Source: Chiloscyllium plagiosum
Lineage: Eukaryota
Reading direction: 5' to 3'
Assembly: GCF_004010195.1 (NCBI RefSeq)
Contig: NC_057719.1
Location: forward strand, 29,632,419 to 29,696,418
Length of the DNA: 64,000 bases
Shown here: one piece after another, positions 38,779 through 51,138 of the stretch
How positions within the stretch are numbered: the first letter of the stretch is position 1
Layout of the letters: the number at the start of each line of letters is the position of its first letter
Program-made: the position numbers and the translations under genes
Notes under the pieces: generated by a model
Database searches by the model: none
What the model was told of the DNA's origin: nothing
Seen by the model: only the letters and a program-made list of their open reading frames with translations

Positions 38779-39452
38779 ACACAGTCTGTGATAGACACTG
38801 TCAGCTGCAGGAAGAATGCAGTCTGTGATAGATGCTGTCAACACCGGGAAGGACACAGTTTGTGATAGACACTGTCACCACCATGAAAAACACACTCTGT
38901 GATAGAGGATGTCAGCACCAGGAAGAACACAGTCTGAGATAGACACTGTCAGCACCAGGAAGAACACAGTCTGAGATAGACACTGTCAGCACCAGGAAGA
39001 ACACAGTCTGAGATAGACACTGTCAGCACCAGGAAGAACACAGTCTGAGATAGACACTGTCAGCACCAGGAAGAACACAGTCTGAGATAGACACTGTCAG
39101 CACCAGGAAGAACACAGTCTGAGATAGACACTGTCAGCACCAGGAAGAACACAGTCTGAGATAGACACTGTCAGCACCAGGAAGAACACAGTCTGAGATA
39201 GACACTGTCAGCACCAGGAAGAACACAGTCTGAGATAGACACTGTCAGCACCAGGAAGAACACAGTCTGAGATAGACACTGTCAGCACCAGGAAGAACAC
39301 AGTCTGAGATAGACACTGTCAGCACCAGGAAGAACACAGTCTGAGATAGACACTGTCAGCACCAGGAAGAACACAGTCTGAGATAGACACTGTCAGCACC
39401 AGGAAGAACACATTCTGTGACAGACACTGTCAGCACCAGCATGAACACAGTC
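38779..39452. repeat. 37-bp minisatellite, about 18 units with about 13 perfect (acacagtctgagatagacactgtcagcaccaggaaga)
   Basis: Read directly; degenerate units at both ends, homogeneous core. Confidence 0.95.
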
Positions 39453-39781
39453 GAAGATAAACACAGTCGAAGATACCACAACAACGCGACGGTCGGAGGA
39501 GGAGCGTCTTATCTTCCGACTGGGAACCCTCCAACCACAGGGGATGAACTTGGACTTCACCAGTTTCTTCATCCCCCCTCCCCCCACCTTGTCTCAGCCG
39601 AATCCCTCCAGCCCGGCTCCGCCTTCCTGACCTGCAGTCTTCTTGTTGACCTCTCCGCCTCCATCCTACTCCGACCTATCACCCTCACCTTGACCTCTTT
39701 CCACCTATCACATTTCCAACGCCCCTCCTCCAAGTCCCTCCTCCCTACCTTTTATCTTCTCCTGCTGAACACTCTCTGCTC

Positions 39782-39817
39782 ATTCCTGAAGAAGGGCCTG
39801 TGCCCGAAACGTCGAAT
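39782..39817 (+). ncRNA. Minimal type I hammerhead ribozyme, intact
   Basis: AUUC-CUGAAGA-a-GGGC-cugu-GCCC-GAAAC-GUC-GAAU; predicted cleavage after 39813. Confidence 0.8.
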
Positions 39818-39914
39818 CTCCTGTTCCCTGGATGCTGCCTGACCTGCTGTGCTGTTCCAGCAATAAAGTTTCAACTTTGATCTCCAGCATCTGCAGACCT
39901 CACTTTCTCCTCGA

Positions 39915-40880
39915 GGCCTAGGTTAGGCCTAGATTATATTTGCTGGCGTTCAGACGAATGAGGGGGGAATCTCAGAGACTTATAAAATTCTAACAGGACT
40001 AAGTAGGGTGGATGCAGGGAGGATGTTCCTAATGTTGGGTGTGTCCAGAACTAGGGGTCACAGTCTGAGGATTTGGGATCGACCATTTAGGATGGAGATG
40101 AGGGGACATTTCTTCACTCAAAGAGTAGTGAGCCTGTGGAATTCATTATCCATTTATATTGCCACAGGAAATAGTTGATGCCAAAACATTGAATGTATTC
40201 GAGAGGCAGCTAGATATACCACTTGGGATGAATGGGATCAAAGGTTATGGGGAGAAAGCAGGATTAGACTATTGAGTTGGATGGTCAGCCATGATTGTGA
40301 TGAATAGCGGAGTAGGCTCAAAGGGCTGGTTTGGCCTCCTCCTGCTCCTATTTTCTATGTATCCTTTGATAACCTTCCTGACTATCCACAACTCCAACTT
40401 TCATTTTGGCTGAAAACTTATTAATTAAACTACCTACATTTTCATCCAAAGCATTTCGGTATATATTATATATTAATATACATATCACAAGCAACAGAGA
40501 TCCCAGCACTAATCCTTGTGGAACACCACTGGTCATAGACCTCCAGTTAGGAAAACACCCTTCCACAGCCACCCTCTGTCTTATAAGACCAACCCAATGT
40601 TGTGTCCAATTTGCCAACATACTGTTGATCCTATATGACAATCTTCTGGACCAACCTACCATGAGGCATCTTGTCAAATGCTTTTGTAAAGCCCATGCAG
40701 ACAATATCCACTGGCCTACCCTCATCAATCATCTTTGTTACGTTCTCAAAAGACACCAAGTTTGAGACAAGATCTCCCTGGCATTTAGCATGCTTTCCCA
40801 AATAAGACCATTCTTTTCCAAATGCTAATAAATCGTGTATCTAAGAATCTTCTCCAATAATCTTCCAAACTACTGATATT
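39915..40880. mobile_element. CR1 fragments (plus-strand 3' end to about 40360, then minus-strand RT)
   Basis: SGVPQGLVLGSLL in ORF 40348-40728; CR1 3' UTR. Confidence 0.75.
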
Positions 40881-43236
40881 ATACCCAATGCCTTCTTGAT
40901 ATCATATGGAATGAATAAAACTGATTGAAGACCATCTGTGTTTTTGGGGACTTCGAGAGGAGCAGAAACGGTTCATTCACTTGGCATATTTGACTGGACA
41001 CTTTTGAAAATCCTCCAGTCTTGGCTTTTGTACTGATGTACTAAACTATCTCATCATTGAGGAGGAAGATATTTATGGAAATTCTCTCTGGTACCTGTCA
41101 AGGTTTACAACTGGATGTGGCAGGACCACAGGTCCAATCCGTTGCTTTTGGAATTACTTAACTCCATCTATTGTATGATGCTTCTGTGTGTGGCATGCAA
41201 ACAACGTGAATTGGAGTATTAGTAAACATTAGGCCTGATGATTAGAAACTTGGCCAAAGAAGTAGGTTGTTGTGAATGTCAAAAAATGTTAGCTCTGCAT
41301 ACTATCCATAAATGCTACCAGACCTGCTTAGTTTCTCCAGCAATTTCTGTTTTTGTTTCAATAAAAACATGGTGAGGTTAATGCAAAAACCTCCAGAGCC
41401 TAAACCTAGATCATCAAAGGAATGGTTGCTAATGCAATGCCTACGAGCCAGAATTGGAGGAGTAAAGAGATATTGGAGGGTTATAGAAGATAAGAGATAG
41501 GATGGGATGAGGCTGGATATGAAATTGAAAAACAGAGTCAAAAATTTTAAAATCAAATGCTGGACCAGGAGAAAATGCAGGACAGTGAACAAAGTAGGAC
41601 AAAGTTAGGATACAAGCATATTGTTTTGGTAAGTTCAAGTATATGAAAGTTGCAAGATTGGGAGGTCAGCGAGCATTACATTGAAATTGTCACATCTAGT
41701 AGTAACAAAAATATGGATAAGGGTTTAGAGATAAATATAGTCATTTATTTATTAGCATACATATTGATGCTAGGATAAAATGGTATCACAGAAAGGATGA
41801 AGAATTCTCTTTAGCAGGATGGAGTAAGCCAGAAGTCATAATACATGCCACCAATCACATTTTCAGATTCTCAGGAGTTGGGGTTGAGAAAAGTACAATT
41901 TTGGAGAAACGAATCTCTGGACTAATCCTACTGACACTACTTATTGCAAACAGAAATAGATGGAAGGATGAAAAGTGACCTGACGCAAGTTGCAGGAGGG
42001 CGTGCTTAAGATTCTTCAGACATTGGAATCAGTTCTGGGTCAGGAAGCATTTATTCAAAAAAGAAAGGTTGCACTTCAACAAGTCTTGGACAACTTTCAT
42101 TAATGCTGGAGAAGGGAAACTAAACTGGAAGAGGTGATGAGAGCCAACATATAAAAGTGGGAAAGAGGAACGAGGTACATTAAGTACTGAAAGTTTTGGA
42201 TGGTAACAGAAAGGAAACAGTCCGATAATAAATAGGAACAGACTCAGGAGGATTAATAAAGTTGCTATAGTCTCAGAGGGCCAAAGGGCTGCTTTCTCAT
42301 TAGAAAGAGATGACTGATGGTGAATTTGAACTGAGGATCACCATACTTTGAGTAAGGGGTAAGTTTGAGAAGAAGGGATCTTCATGGTAACCTGATTTAA
42401 AAATAGTAAGAACTTTAATATTCAAAGATCCAAAGTACTCAGAACGAATAGGTAAGGAAAATACAGAGGGGAGATAGCAGAATAGAACGGGGAGGATATT
42501 GGTCCAGATCTTCAGTGGTGCAATAATCATCGGATTGCCATTCTGCACAAACTTCGTCTTGCCTCAACATTACTTCACACTTGTTGCATGGTCTTCTGAA
42601 CCTAGTTTCTCCAAAAAATTGGACTGCAGCATCCCTTAAAAGGGCTGTAGGATTGGGAACAAACAGGACAGAGCCGCATGCCTCCTTTTCTTTCTTTAGA
42701 GCTCCAATATTTGGAATTTAAAGTGAAAAGCAAACGATACATCAGATCTTACCAAAGGTTTTGCAAGATAGCCAAACAGAAAGACAAAGTATTGTATTGT
42801 GCAATTCAGTCACAGTTGTTTGAATAACAGTTAAAGAGGTCTGTGTTTCCATTATGCTTTCTAAAATGTTGTTCGGCCAACCTCAATAGTTGACACTTAA
42901 ATAACTTGTTTTCTTTATGCAATATAAAAACACATGCACTACCCCCTTCACCGTGTCAAGCTGTTTATTTCACTGTGTTACTGAAATCAGCGTCTTATCA
43001 ACTGCTGGACAATGTGTTGGCCTAAAGTGATCATGTAATCAAACATGAATGGGGAATTTGTCAATCCTCGCCCTACTTGGTTGTTAACACTGATTTTGCC
43101 CTACCACTACAAGCGTAAAGAAACAGAAAATTTTCCATATTGCCACCAATACCTTTCAAGCATCAGATTGCATAGCCATCGGTTCATTTCATCCTGAAAA
43201 CAATTAGGGCTTGGAAGTGGATCTTAAAGTTCTTAC

Positions 43237-43356
43237 CAGGTTTGAAAGGTCATTTAGCTGTGTGAGTTCATTAAAGCTGATAACTAGTTTCTGTAAATTT
43301 GAGAGTCTGGAGATACCTTTTAGCTTACGCAGACCATTTCCATGTAAGTTCAAAAT
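43237..43356 (-). CDS. LRRC9: LRRC9 exon, ILNLHGNGLRKLKGISRLSNLQKLVISFNELTQLNDLSNL
   Basis: cag acceptor, gtaaga donor, 120 nt, phase 0/0, LxxLxLxxN repeats. Confidence 0.93.
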
Positions 43357-43606
43357 CTGCATTGGACCAAACATAAATATAAACAAAATACATTTCAAAT
43401 TAAATCTCTTAGCATGAATTTATATCTATTTTGCATATTGTTCTCATGAAGTACAGATTCCTATGTTTTCATATACTGTCTCAAAAGACAACACTTTTTG
43501 TTACCATATGATTATAAACTCCAGTAACTACTCAGATCATCATTTTAGAAGATAATATTTTCAACTGAATAGTTTTTATTGCAAATTTTGGAAATGTCTA
43601 TACAAC

Positions 43607-44790
43607 TGAGTTCTTTGAGGCTGTGACGAGACAAGTTGATGAAGGTCGAGCAGTGGATGTAGTGTATATGGATTTCAGTAAGGCATTTGATAAGGTTCCC
43701 CACAATAGGCTCATTCAGAAAGTTAGGAAGTATGGGATACACAGAAATTTGGCTGTCTGGATACAAAATTGGCTAGCCAAAAGAAGGCAGCGAATAGTAG
43801 TGGATAGAAAGCATTCTGCCTGGAGGTCAGTGACCACTGGTGACCCACAGGGATCTGTTCTTGGGTCTCTGCTCTTTGTGGTTTTTATAAATGACTTGTA
43901 TGAAGAAGTGGAAAGGTAGATTAGCAAGTCTGCCAATGACACAAAAGTCGGTGGTGTTTTAGATAATGTTGAGGGCTGATGCAGTCTATATCAAGACATT
44001 GACAGGATGCAGAGCTGGGCTGAGAATTGGCAGATGGAGTTCAAACTGGATTCATTTTGGAACGTCAAATTTGAATGCTGAATATAGGGTTAAAGACAGG
44101 ATTCTTGACAGTGTGGAGGAACAACAGAGTCTTGGGGTTCACGTGCATACATCCCTCAAAGTTGCCACTCAAACTGCTGGGGTTAAGTTGTATGGTGTTT
44201 TGGCTTTCATTAACAGAGGGATTGAGTTTAAGAGCCATGAGGTTTTGCTGCAGCTCTATAAAACCCTGGTTAGACCACATGTGGAATATTGTGTCCAGTT
44301 CTGGTTGCCTTATTATATGAACCATGGAGATGCTTTAGAGAGAGAGCAGAGGAGATTTACCAGGATGCTGCCTGGATTGGAGGGCATGTCTTAGGAACAG
44401 AGGTTGAATGAGCTAGGGCTTTTCACATTAGAGAGAAGGAGGAAGGGAAGTGACTTGTTAGAGGTGTACAAGGTAATAAGACGCATAGATAGAGCAGATA
44501 GCCAGAGAGTTTTCCCCAGGGCAGAATTGGCTGTCATGTGGGGTCATAATAGTAAGGTGATTGGAGGAAGGAAAAGGGGAGATGTCAGAGGTAGGGTCTT
44601 TACACAGAATGGTGGGTGCGTGGAATTCACTGCCAGCAGTGGTAGTAGAGTCAGAGACATTAGGGACATTTAAGAAACTAATGAATAAGCACATGGACGG
44701 CATGATGTGCAAGTTGGTTTGATCTTAGATTAAGATAAATGCTCAGCACAACATCATGGGCTGAAGGGCTTGTACCATGCTGTTCTATGT
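43607..44790 (+). mobile_element. CR1 RT and 3' end
   Basis: YMDFSKAFDKVPH, PQGSVLG, LYKTLVRPH.EYCVQFW. Confidence 0.9.
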
Positions 44791-45120
44791 TGTCAAACTT
44801 ATTAACACTCACTTGTCAATTGAATAAATTGTTTGTAATATGATAATTGAAAATAATTAAGAGTCACATAGTAATGGAGTTGAAAAAAAACAAATTAATA
44901 CAAATCATCAAAGATTCTTTCTAATTTACATATTATTCTTCAATTTTTCATGTTCCAGATTCTGCAAGAATAGCCCACACTGTCAAGAGAATTCGTGACA
45001 AGATTATGTATGCTCCATTCTATGTGCTGTAATTTTGTCTACTAACCCCTTTTAAAAGGGAACTCAACAAAAATCTACTGAAAATTCAAATTTATTACAT
45101 CTACTGGTTCTCCCTTTCTT

Positions 45121-47560
45121 AGAGTCACAGAGATGTACAGCATGGAAACAGACCCTTCGGTCCAACCTGTCCATGCCGACCAGATATCCCAACCCAATCG
45201 AGTCCACCTGCCAGCACCCGGCCCATATCCCTCCAAACCCTTCCTATTCATATACCCATCCAAATGCCTCTTAAATGTTGCAATTGTACCAGCCTCCACC
45301 ACATCCTCTGGCAGCTCATTCCATACACGTACCATCCTCTGCGTGAAAAGGTTGCCCCTTAGGTCTCTTTTATATCTTTCCACTCGCACCCTAAACCTAT
45401 GCCCTCTAGTTCTGGACTCTCCGACCCCAGGGAAAATACTTCATCTATTTATCCTATCCATGCCCCTCATAATTTTGTAAACCTCTATAAGGTCACGCCT
45501 CAGCCTCCAACGCTCCAGGGAAAACAGCCCCATCTGTAGCGCAAATCCTCCAAGCCTGGCAGCATCCTTGTAAATCTTTTCTGAACCCTTTCAAGTTTCA
45601 CAACATCTTTCTGATAGGAAGGAAACCAGAACTGCACGCAATATTCCAACAGTGGACTAACCAATGTCCTGTACAGCTGCAACATGACCTCCCAACTCCT
45701 ATACTCAATACTCTGACCAATAAAGGAAAGCATACCAAATGCCTTCTTCACTATCCTCTCTACCTGCATCTCCACTTTCATGGAGCTATGAACCTGCACT
45801 CCAAGGTCTCTCTGTTCAGCAACACTCCCTAGGACCTTAACATTAAGATATACAAGTCCTGCTAAGATTTGCTTTCCCAAAATGCAGCACCTCGCATTTA
45901 TCTGAATTAAACTCCATCTGCCACTTCTCAGCCCATTGGCCCATCTGGTCCAGATTCTGTTGTAATCTGAGGTTAACCTCTTTGCTGTCTGCTACACTTC
46001 CAATTTTGGTGTCATCTGCAAACTTACTAACTGTACCTCTTATGCTCACATCCAAATCATTTATGGCCCTCTGTCTTCTACCTTTGAGCCAGTTCTGTAT
46101 CCAAATGGCTAGTTCTCCCTGTATTCTGTGGGATCTAACCTTGCTAACCAGTCTCTCATGGGGAACCTTGTAGAACGCCTTATTGAAGTCCATATAGTTC
46201 ACATCTACTGCTCTGCCCTCATCAATCCTCTTTGTTACTTCTTCAAAAAACTCAATCAAGTTTGTGAGACATGAGTTCCCACGCACAAAGCCATGTTGAC
46301 TATCACTAATCAGTCCTTGCCTTTCCAAATACATGTACATCCTGTCCCTCAGGATTCCCTCCAACAACTTGCCCACCACCGAGGTCAGGCTCACCGATCT
46401 ATAGTTCCCTGGCTTGTCTTTACTACTTTTCTTAAACAGTGGCACCACGTTTGCCAACCTCCAGTCTTCCAGCACCTCCCCTGTGACTATCGATGAGACA
46501 AATATCTCAGCAAGAGGCTCGGAAATCACTTCTCTGGTTCCCACAGAGTTCTCGGGTACACCTGATCAGGTCCTGGGGATTTATCCACTTTTACCCGTTT
46601 CAAGACATCCAGCACTTCCTCCTCTGTAATCTGGACATTTTGCAAGATGTCACAATCTATTTCCCGACATTCTATATCTTCCATATCCTTTTGCATAGTA
46701 AATACTGATACAAAATATTCATTTAGTATCTCCCCCATTTTCTGCGGCTCCACACAAAGGCTGCCTTGCTGATCTTTGAAGGGCCCTATTCTCTCCCTAG
46801 TTACCCTATTGTCCTTAATATATTTGTAAAAACTCTTTGTATTCTCCTCAATTCTATTTGCCAACGATATCTCATGTCCCCTTTTTGCCCTCCTGATTTC
46901 CCTCTTAAGTATACTCCTACTTTCTTTATACTCTTCTAAGGATTCACTCGATCTATCCTGTCTATACCTGACTTACGCTTCCTTCTTTTTCTGAACCAAA
47001 CCCTCAATTTCTTTAGTCATCTAGCATTCCTTATACCTACTAGCCTTCCCTTTCACCCTGACAGGAATATACTTTCTCTGGATTCTTGCTATCTCATTTC
47101 TGAATCTTCCCATTTTCCAACCGTCCCTTTATCTGAGAACATCTGCCTCCAATCAGCTTTTGAAAGTTCTTGCCTAATACTNNNNNNNNNNNNNNNNNNN
47201 NNNNNNNNNNNNNNNNNNNNNNNNNNNNNNNNNNNNNNNNNNNNNNNNNNNNNNNNNNNNNNNNNNNNNNNNNNNNNNNNNNNNNNNNNNNNNNNNNNNN
47301 NNNNNNNNNNNNNNNNNNNNNNNNNNNNNNNNNNNNNNNNNNNNNNNNNNNNNNNNNNNNNNNNNNNNNNNCCCTACCATAACTACCCTATTCTTCTTAC
47401 AGATAGCTGAGATCTCCTTACAAGTTTGTTTCTCAATTTCCCTCTGACTATTGGGGGGTCTATAATACAATCCCAATAAGGTGATCATCCCTTTCTTATT
47501 TCTCAGTTCCACCCAAATAACTTCCCTGGATGTATTTCCAGGAATATCCTCCCTCAGCAA
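45121..47560 (-). mobile_element. CR1 ORF2 (endonuclease end, RT, 3' UTR) spanning the assembly gap, inside an older CR1 (to about 48450)
   Basis: ORFs 47174-47569 (YYRPPN), 46526-46864, 45843-46544 (QHGF, FADDTK) and 45500-45880. Confidence 0.92.
47182..47371. other. Assembly gap (190 N)
   Basis: Run of N. Confidence 1.
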
Positions 47561-48599
47561 ACTAAGCACAGCTTATTCTACTATTTACATTCTCAAAAAC
47601 TCCAGTAGATTCGTCAAGTGTGATTTGCCTATCATAAAACTCATGCTGGCTTTATCGAATTCCATTAATACTTTTCAAATATTTTGTTATTGCAGACTCC
47701 AACATTGTAACAGACTCCAACATTTTCCTCACTCCTGATGTTAGAGTAGCTGGTCTGTAATTCTCTTCCTACCTGCTTAAATGGTGGGATTATACTTGCT
47801 GAGCCCCACAATCTGTGGGAACTGCTTCAGAATCTATACAATTTTAGAAGTGACCACCGATACATCCAATATTTTTAGGACCACTTCTTTTAGTATGTTG
47901 GGATGTAGATTATCAGGACCTTATGATTTGTCAGCCTTTAATCCCATTAATTTCCCAAGCACAATTTTTTTTACTAATACTGATCTGCTTAAATTTTGCA
48001 TTCTCACTAGACTTTTTCCTTCCCCAATATTTCTGAGAGGTTATTTTGCCAACTTTTGAGGACAGAACCAAAATGCGTACACAATTCTTCTGCCATTTCT
48101 TTATTCCTCATTAATAATTCCCCACTTCTGACTGTAAAGGATCTATATTTATCTTTGCTAATCTTTTTCTTTCTATGTATTTGTAGAAGCATTTAAGTTT
48201 CTACATTCCCTACAATTTTACTGTAATGCTCTATTTTCCCTTTGTTGACCAAACATTTGCTGAATTCAAAAGTTCCTAATCCTTCGAGCTTGCTGCTTTC
48301 TCTGGTGATTTTATATCTCCTCTTTGAATCTAATACTGTCCATAACTTAATTTATAAGTTATGGTTGAGCTACCTTTCCTCTTTTCATTTGTGCCAGACA
48401 AGAATAATTGATCCATGTAATTTATGCATATATTCATTCAACCTATATACATTTTGTTCCAGTTATGAAAAAAATGGGAGTTATTTTTACATCGTTTGTA
48501 GATTTCACTCTCTAATTTTTTTTATTGGCTTGAAAAATATTTGAAGAACTAGACTACTTTGAAAAAAGGCTCTGCAACAAAGCCATCAGATCCTCGTCC

Positions 48600-49480
48600 T
48601 CATTGAAAGCTCAAGGATCCCAAGAGAAATTTACAAAACTGGGATACTATAGCAAGCCAACAAACTCACAATTATCTCATATAGGATTAATAAAATCATT
48701 CATCTGGAGTTCAAGAATGCCATGACGGTTCATACAAACAAAGAGAAAGGACAAAAATGTACATGTGACAAACACAGAGGAATGCCACAGCTCATGCTCG
48801 CAGGCAAAGCAAATGTCCTGCCCAAAAGACTGCTAAACCACAGAGGATAAGTGCACTGCTGGAAAGCCAAAGTGGGATTCAGGAAAGGCAGATGTACATG
48901 TGTCATGATCTTCACCTTTCGCAAATAAAAAAAATGATTCTTCTGTGCCTTTGTCAACCTAACAAAGGCCTCTGACAGTGAGATGGAAAACAAAATTGAC
49001 AGAGCAAGCTTGGCAATGTTGGTCTGTGCAAGAGGCTGTGGAGGAAACAAGATTTCCTTATTATACTCAACTTACAACAAAACTTGATGTATACAAAGCT
49101 ATGGTTATATATATCTGAGACCTGGACTACCCATTCCCAAGATATTAAGCAGCTCGACAATTTTGCATGAGATGCATTCAGATCAAATGAGAGAACAAAG
49201 TGTCCAACATTGAGATATGTCAAAGAAAAAAAAACGTCTGGAATTGAAGCATTCATTATCAGATGGAGTGGGCTCATAAAACATATGACGGATGATAAAA
49301 TCCCTAATGTTCATTTCTTAAGTTTGGGCACCACTTGCAGTGATGTTAAGATTTAAGAACATCTTGAAGCCAAACTTCAAGAAATAGGACATGTCTATAA
49401 TAGAATGGGAGAATACACAAGAAAGAACAATGTGAAACAGTTGGTGTTGTTTCCTTCAACAGCAAAGAATATGGTAACAA
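48600..49480 (+). mobile_element. Old RTE-like LINE remnant
   Basis: YKAMV..ETWTT...IKQLDNF-like and RW.G remnants. Confidence 0.4.
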
Positions 49481-49544
49481 AGGACGAAAGCCAAACTAGA
49501 AAAATTGGGCAAGACCATAATTTAAAAAAAGACAACTCTTCCTT

Positions 49545-50023
49545 GCCTACTCTATGGAATGCATTCTAGCTCTGCAGTTGGGTTTTGCAACCGCACTTAG
49601 AATACATAACCGAAGACCACAAGAAATTATGGAGAGTTGTGAACACAGCCCAGTCCATCACGAAAACCAGCCTTCCTTCCCTTGACTCAGTCTACACTTC
49701 CTGCTACCTCGGGAAAGTGGGCAACATAATCAAAGACCCCTCCCACCCTGGGTACACTCTCTTCCACCTTCTATCAGGCAGAAGATACAAAAATTTGAAA
49801 ACTAAGAATAGTTTCTTCCCTGCTGTTATCAGACATATGAACAGACCTTTCATATTAAAGTTGATCTTTCTCTGAGCCTTCTCTGTAGCTGTAACACTAT
49901 ATTCTGCAATCTGTTCTATCACCCTGTTGTACTTAAGTAAAGTATGATTTGTCTGACAGCACACAATACAATATTTTACACTGCATCTCAGTAAATGACA
50001 ATAATAAGTCAAATCAAATCAAA
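49545..50023 (+). mobile_element. Rex1/Babar LINE 3' end
   Basis: RVVNTAQSIT..LPSL..IIKDPSHPG..LF.LLSGRRY..KNSFFP.VIR plus (aaatc)n tail. Confidence 0.85.
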
Positions 50024-50376
50024 CTGATTATACATGCAACAAATGACCATTTATAGTAACAAAGGGAAGCTGACGACTTGCAACTAGAATTTAATCTTGG
50101 TTCTTTTAAGACAAGAACAAAATCATTATCATTGGATAAATTTCCTTCATAGGACAAAGAAACTATATGGATAATATATCAAATGAAATATCTTCACTGT
50201 AATAGCATCTTAAAATGGTAATGCCAATCATGACTTGGTTTTACATTTGGAAGAGTTTGAAAATGTTTCAATATGAAGAATGATGAGCATCCTTAGGGCA
50301 ATCTCTGACAGTTAGTGAGATAAGCAAATTGCCTTCACTAAGCATCTTTTTTTACATGTACATGACTGGAACTTAC

Positions 50377-50592
50377 TGTGATTTGACTCAATATTGAAGC
50401 TCCAGAAGCAGAAAGTAAAGTAATCTCCTCCAGATTTGGAATTTTATGACTTTGTGTCACAATTGGATCCATTTTTAACACTTCTTCGTCAAATGCCATG
50501 GCTCGCTGTATGATCAATATTTCTGCTTTACTCTGCTTCCTTGGATGTATTTTGTTTTCAGAAAAAGCAGAATAAAATGTCTGCCCATCATT
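50377..50592 (-). CDS. LRRC9: LRRC9 internal coding exon (first in window), 72 codons NDGQTFY...FDEEVLKMDPIV...SILSQIT
   Basis: ttag acceptor, gtaagt donor, 216 nt open, phase 0/0. Resembles the vertebrate LRRC9 segment FDDEVIKMEPRIK...SVYSHIV as I recall it. Splices in frame to 43356. Confidence 0.88.
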
Positions 50593-50909
50593 CTAAATAA
50601 ATTCAATTCGGACAAAAAATGATTAAGTACATTCATTGTAAACTTTGAAAATGCTATCTTTATTTTTATTACATTTTCCTACTTCCCTCCATTATTGACC
50701 AAACTTGAAATGAAAAGATGGCTGAATCTGTTATTTGCACCATGAGCTACAATGCAAAGTCAGAGTTATATCAGATATAACATATAAAATATATTATTGC
50801 AAGCTAAATACAGGAAATGTCATAAGAGTTTTTTTTTCCATCCACTCGTTTCAATTATTAATATTGGTTACCAATCTCTTGAGAAAGGACTTGGGTCTTT
50901 TTTCTAAGA

Positions 50910-51138
50910 GCTGAAAGTGTGTTGCTGGAAAAGCGCAGCAGGTCAGGCAGCATCCAAGGAGCAGGAGAAAGAAGTCTGAGTACATCCCTTGTGGTTGGAG
51001 GGTTCCTAGGCGGAAGATGAGGCGCTCTTCCTCCAACTGTCGTGTTGCTACGGTCTGGCGATGGAGGAGTCCAAAGACCTGCATGTCCTTGGTGGAGTGG
51101 GAGGGGGAGTTGAAGTGTTGAGCCATGACCTCACTTCC
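50910..51138 (-). mobile_element. Internally deleted PLE family B fragment
   Basis: AQHFNSPSH...EEERLIFRLGTLQPQGM; 14-bp TSD tcttttttctaaga. Confidence 0.85.

Larger units (their letters stand above)
38270..39911. mobile_element. Composite PLE family B insertion: two tandem minus pLTRs, a minisatellite, then plus GIY-YIG tail and pLTR, inside a CR1
   Basis: 15-bp direct repeat cgaggcctaggttag at 38255 and 39912; EEERLIFRLGTLQPQGMN at about 39495-39550. Confidence 0.85.

Noticed and set aside
38779..39452. CRISPR-like array of 37-bp partially palindromic repeats
   Set aside because: Units are head-to-tail with no unique spacers, there are no cas genes, and the context is a vertebrate intron.
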